Shown here: piece after piece, positions 45,930 through 48,098 of the stretch | Layout of the letters: every line of letters starts with the position of its first letter | Position numbering within the stretch: the stretch's first letter is position 1 | From: Chiloscyllium plagiosum | Taxonomy: Eukaryota | Length of the DNA: 48,098 nucleotides | Assembly: GCF_004010195.1 (NCBI RefSeq) | Contig: NC_057719.1 | Coordinates: forward strand, 38,825,733-38,873,830 | Reading direction: 5' to 3' | Position numbers and translations under genes: made by a program | The notes under the pieces: model-generated | What the model saw: only the letters and a program-made list of their open reading frames with translations | What the model was told of the DNA's origin: nothing | The model's database searches: none

Positions 45930-46617
45930 TATAATTCCTTGAAGTTTGCATCACGTATAGACAGGTCGTTAAGAAGGTGCCTGGCTTGCTTGCCTTCATT
46001 GCTCAGACCTTTGATTGTAGGTGTTGGGACATTATGTTGAGGTTTTACAGGATGTTGGTGAGGGCTCTTCTGGAGTAAGGCATCCAGTTCTGGTCGTCTT
46101 GTTACAGGAAGGATATTATTAAGCTGGAGAGGGATCAGAAGAGATTTACCAGAATGTTGCCAAGAATGGAAGGTTTGTGTTCTAAGGAGAGGCTGAATAG
46201 ACTGGGACTTTTTTCACTGGAGCATAGGAGGTTGAGAAGTTACCTGATAGAGGTTAATAAAATAATGAGCGATATAAATAAAGTGAATGGCAGATGTCTT
46301 TTCTCTAGGGTGGGGGATTTCAAGACTAGGGGGTGTATGTTTAAGGTGAGAAGAGAAAAATTTTAAAAGGACATGAGGAGCCATTTTTTTTACATAGTGG
46401 TTTGTGTATGGAATGAACATCCAGAGGAAGCAGTGAATGCATATACAGTTACAACATTTAAAAGACATTTAGATAAGTACATGAATAAGAAATGTTTGGT
46501 GGGATATGGCCAAGCACAGGTAAGTGGGACTAGTTTTGATGGAATTATAGTCAGCATTGACTGATTGGACTAAAGGTTCTGTTTCCATGCTGTATGACTC
46601 TCTGACTATGACTATGT
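45930..46617 (+). mobile_element. CR1 3' fragment
   Basis: ERLNRLGLFSLEHRRLRSYLIEVNKIM; VWNEHPEEAVNAYTVTTFKRHLDKYM. Tail GACTCTCTGACTATGACTATG. Confidence 0.92.
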
Positions 46618-47034
46618 GTCTGGAACCAGATGACATGGTTCTAGAATGTGTAGAGGTCATTTTAGGATTGAGATGAGGAAGAACTTCTTTGTTCAAAGGA
46701 TGGTGGATTTTTGGAATTCTTTACCCTAATTGGCTGCTGAAACTCCATCATTGAGTAGATTCAAGACAGGAATTGATAGATTTCTAGGTAAAGACATCAA
46801 TGATGTTGAGGTAGAAGATCAGTCATGATCCAATTGAATGGCAGAACAGGCTTTAGCGACTAAATGGCTTACAACTGTTCCTATGTTCCTAAAATATTGT
46901 CCTATTGCAACCTTTAGAGGAGGCACTTCATAGTTGGACTGCAAATTCAAGGTTTCTACATTTCATTGTTTAATGTTCAAGGTTGCTGCTAGATTTATTT
47001 CATACTAGCATATTTAAAATTATTGAAATATTTA

Positions 47035-47345
47035 AGATTTTTGGTAAGGCCAGCATTTGTTGATCATCGCTTATTACACTTGACAAAGTGGTAGTGAGCC
47101 ACCCTGTTGAACTGCTGCAGTATAAGTATACTATAGTGCTGTTAGGAAAGAATTTACAGGATTTTGAACAAGTGATGGTGAAGGATTATTGATCCAGTGA
47201 TGACGTGTCACTTTGAAAAGAACTTGCAGATGGTTTCGTTTTCATTCATATGCTGCCCTTGCCCTTCTAAATATTAGAGGTTGTGGGTTTGGAAGGTGCC
47301 TTCGAAAGAGACTTAGTGTGTTGCTGCTGTCATCATTTCCATGGC
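47035..47345 (-). mobile_element. 3' end of second LINE family
   Basis: AAGGCCAGCATTTGTTG..AAAGTGGTAGTGAGCCACC..TTGAACTGCTGCAG; matches 2250-2405 and 40600-40720. Confidence 0.8.
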
Positions 47346-47384
47346 ATGAAGTGAATTTAATATAGGCACAACATTTGCAGGTTT

Positions 47385-48098
47385 GTTTCTAACATGTGGT
47401 GCAGGAGGGTTTCCTGACACAATATGTAGATAGGCCAACAAGAGGTGAGGCCATACTGGATTTGGTTCTGGGTAATGAACCAGGACAGGTGCTAGAATTA
47501 GAGGTAGGTGAGCACTTTGGGGACAGTGATCACAATTCGGTGACTTTTACTCTAGTGATGGAGAGGGATAAGTGTGCACTACAGGGCAAGAGTTATAGCT
47601 GGGGGCAGGGAAATTATGATGCGGTGAGGCATGACTTAGGATGTGTGGCTTGGAAAAGTAAGCTTCAAGGCAAGGACGTAATTGATATGTGGAGCTTTGT
47701 TCAAGGAGCAATTATTGAGTATCCTTGATATGTACCAGTCAGGCAGGGAGAAAAGGGTCGTGTGAGGGAGCTGTGGTTTAATAAGGAATTGGAATCCCTT
47801 GTTAAATGGAAGAGGGCGGCCTATGTAAAGATGAGGCGTGAAGGTTCAATTGGGGCGATTGAGAGTTATAAGGTAGCCAGGAAGGACCTGAAGAGAGAGC
47901 TAAGAGCAGCAAGGAGGGGACATGAAAGGTCCTTAGTTGGTAGGATTAGGGAAAACCCTAAGGCTTTCTATAGGTATGTCAGGAATAAAAGAATGACTAG
48001 GGTAGGAATAGGTCCAGTCAAGGATAGTAGTGGGAAGTTGCGTGTGGAGGCTGAAGAGATTGGGGAGACACTGAAAGAATACTTTTCGTCAGTATTCA
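47385..48098 (+). mobile_element. Younger CR1 ORF2 (endonuclease C-terminus + linker), 5'-truncated, frameshifted, runs off window
   Basis: VQEGFLTQYVDRPTRGEAILDLVLGNEPG..FGDSDHNSV; IRENPKAFYRYVRNKR. Confidence 0.93.

Larger units (their letters stand above)
41740..46890 (+). mobile_element. Old CR1 host copy split into four pieces (~41740-41830, 44070-44721, 45754-45900, 46620-46890)
   Basis: DVGYLDFQRTFEKV, then WQLEYMAENCNVIHFG..RKANGML, then after the PLE TSD YPQERFRRL, then the 3'UTR GATCAGTCATGATCCAATTGAATGGCAGAACAGGC..CCTATGTTCCTA. Pieces are collinear. Confidence 0.75.

Overview
Eukaryotic, repeat-dense window of intronic or intergenic DNA. The repeat repertoire (HE1/V-SINE-type SINEs, shark-type CR1 LINEs, a SacSINE1-like DeuSINE, Penelope-like elements) points to a cartilaginous fish, probably a shark (inference). 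No host protein-coding gene could be identified with confidence, and the recognisable ORFs are decayed transposon fragments. Main contents: (1) a decayed but TSD-bounded Gypsy LTR retrotransposon at 8483-13715, nested in an old SINE and carrying younger insertions; (2) a GC-rich, rearranged cluster of Tx1-clade non-LTR retrotransposons at ~27300-33735; (3) many CR1-clade LINE fragments, SINEs, MITEs and solo LTRs; (4) about seven Penelope-like termini carrying minimal hammerhead-ribozyme cores. The most striking observation is an array at 26448-27310 of eight ATCTCCTGTTTA+poly(T) units separating different retroposed inserts, starting inside a Gypsy LTR remnant. It looks like a site-specific Tx1 landing pad that regenerates with each insertion. 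Also notable: a 28S rRNA fragment fused to Tx1 ORF2 (30860-30968), and an inverted pair of Penelope termini enclosing two rearranged copies of nearby DNA (11474-12003). Two assembly gaps (30969-31262, 44926-45600) limit interpretation. Family names come from recalled consensus motifs, not database searches, and boundaries are approximate unless a TSD or TIR is quoted.
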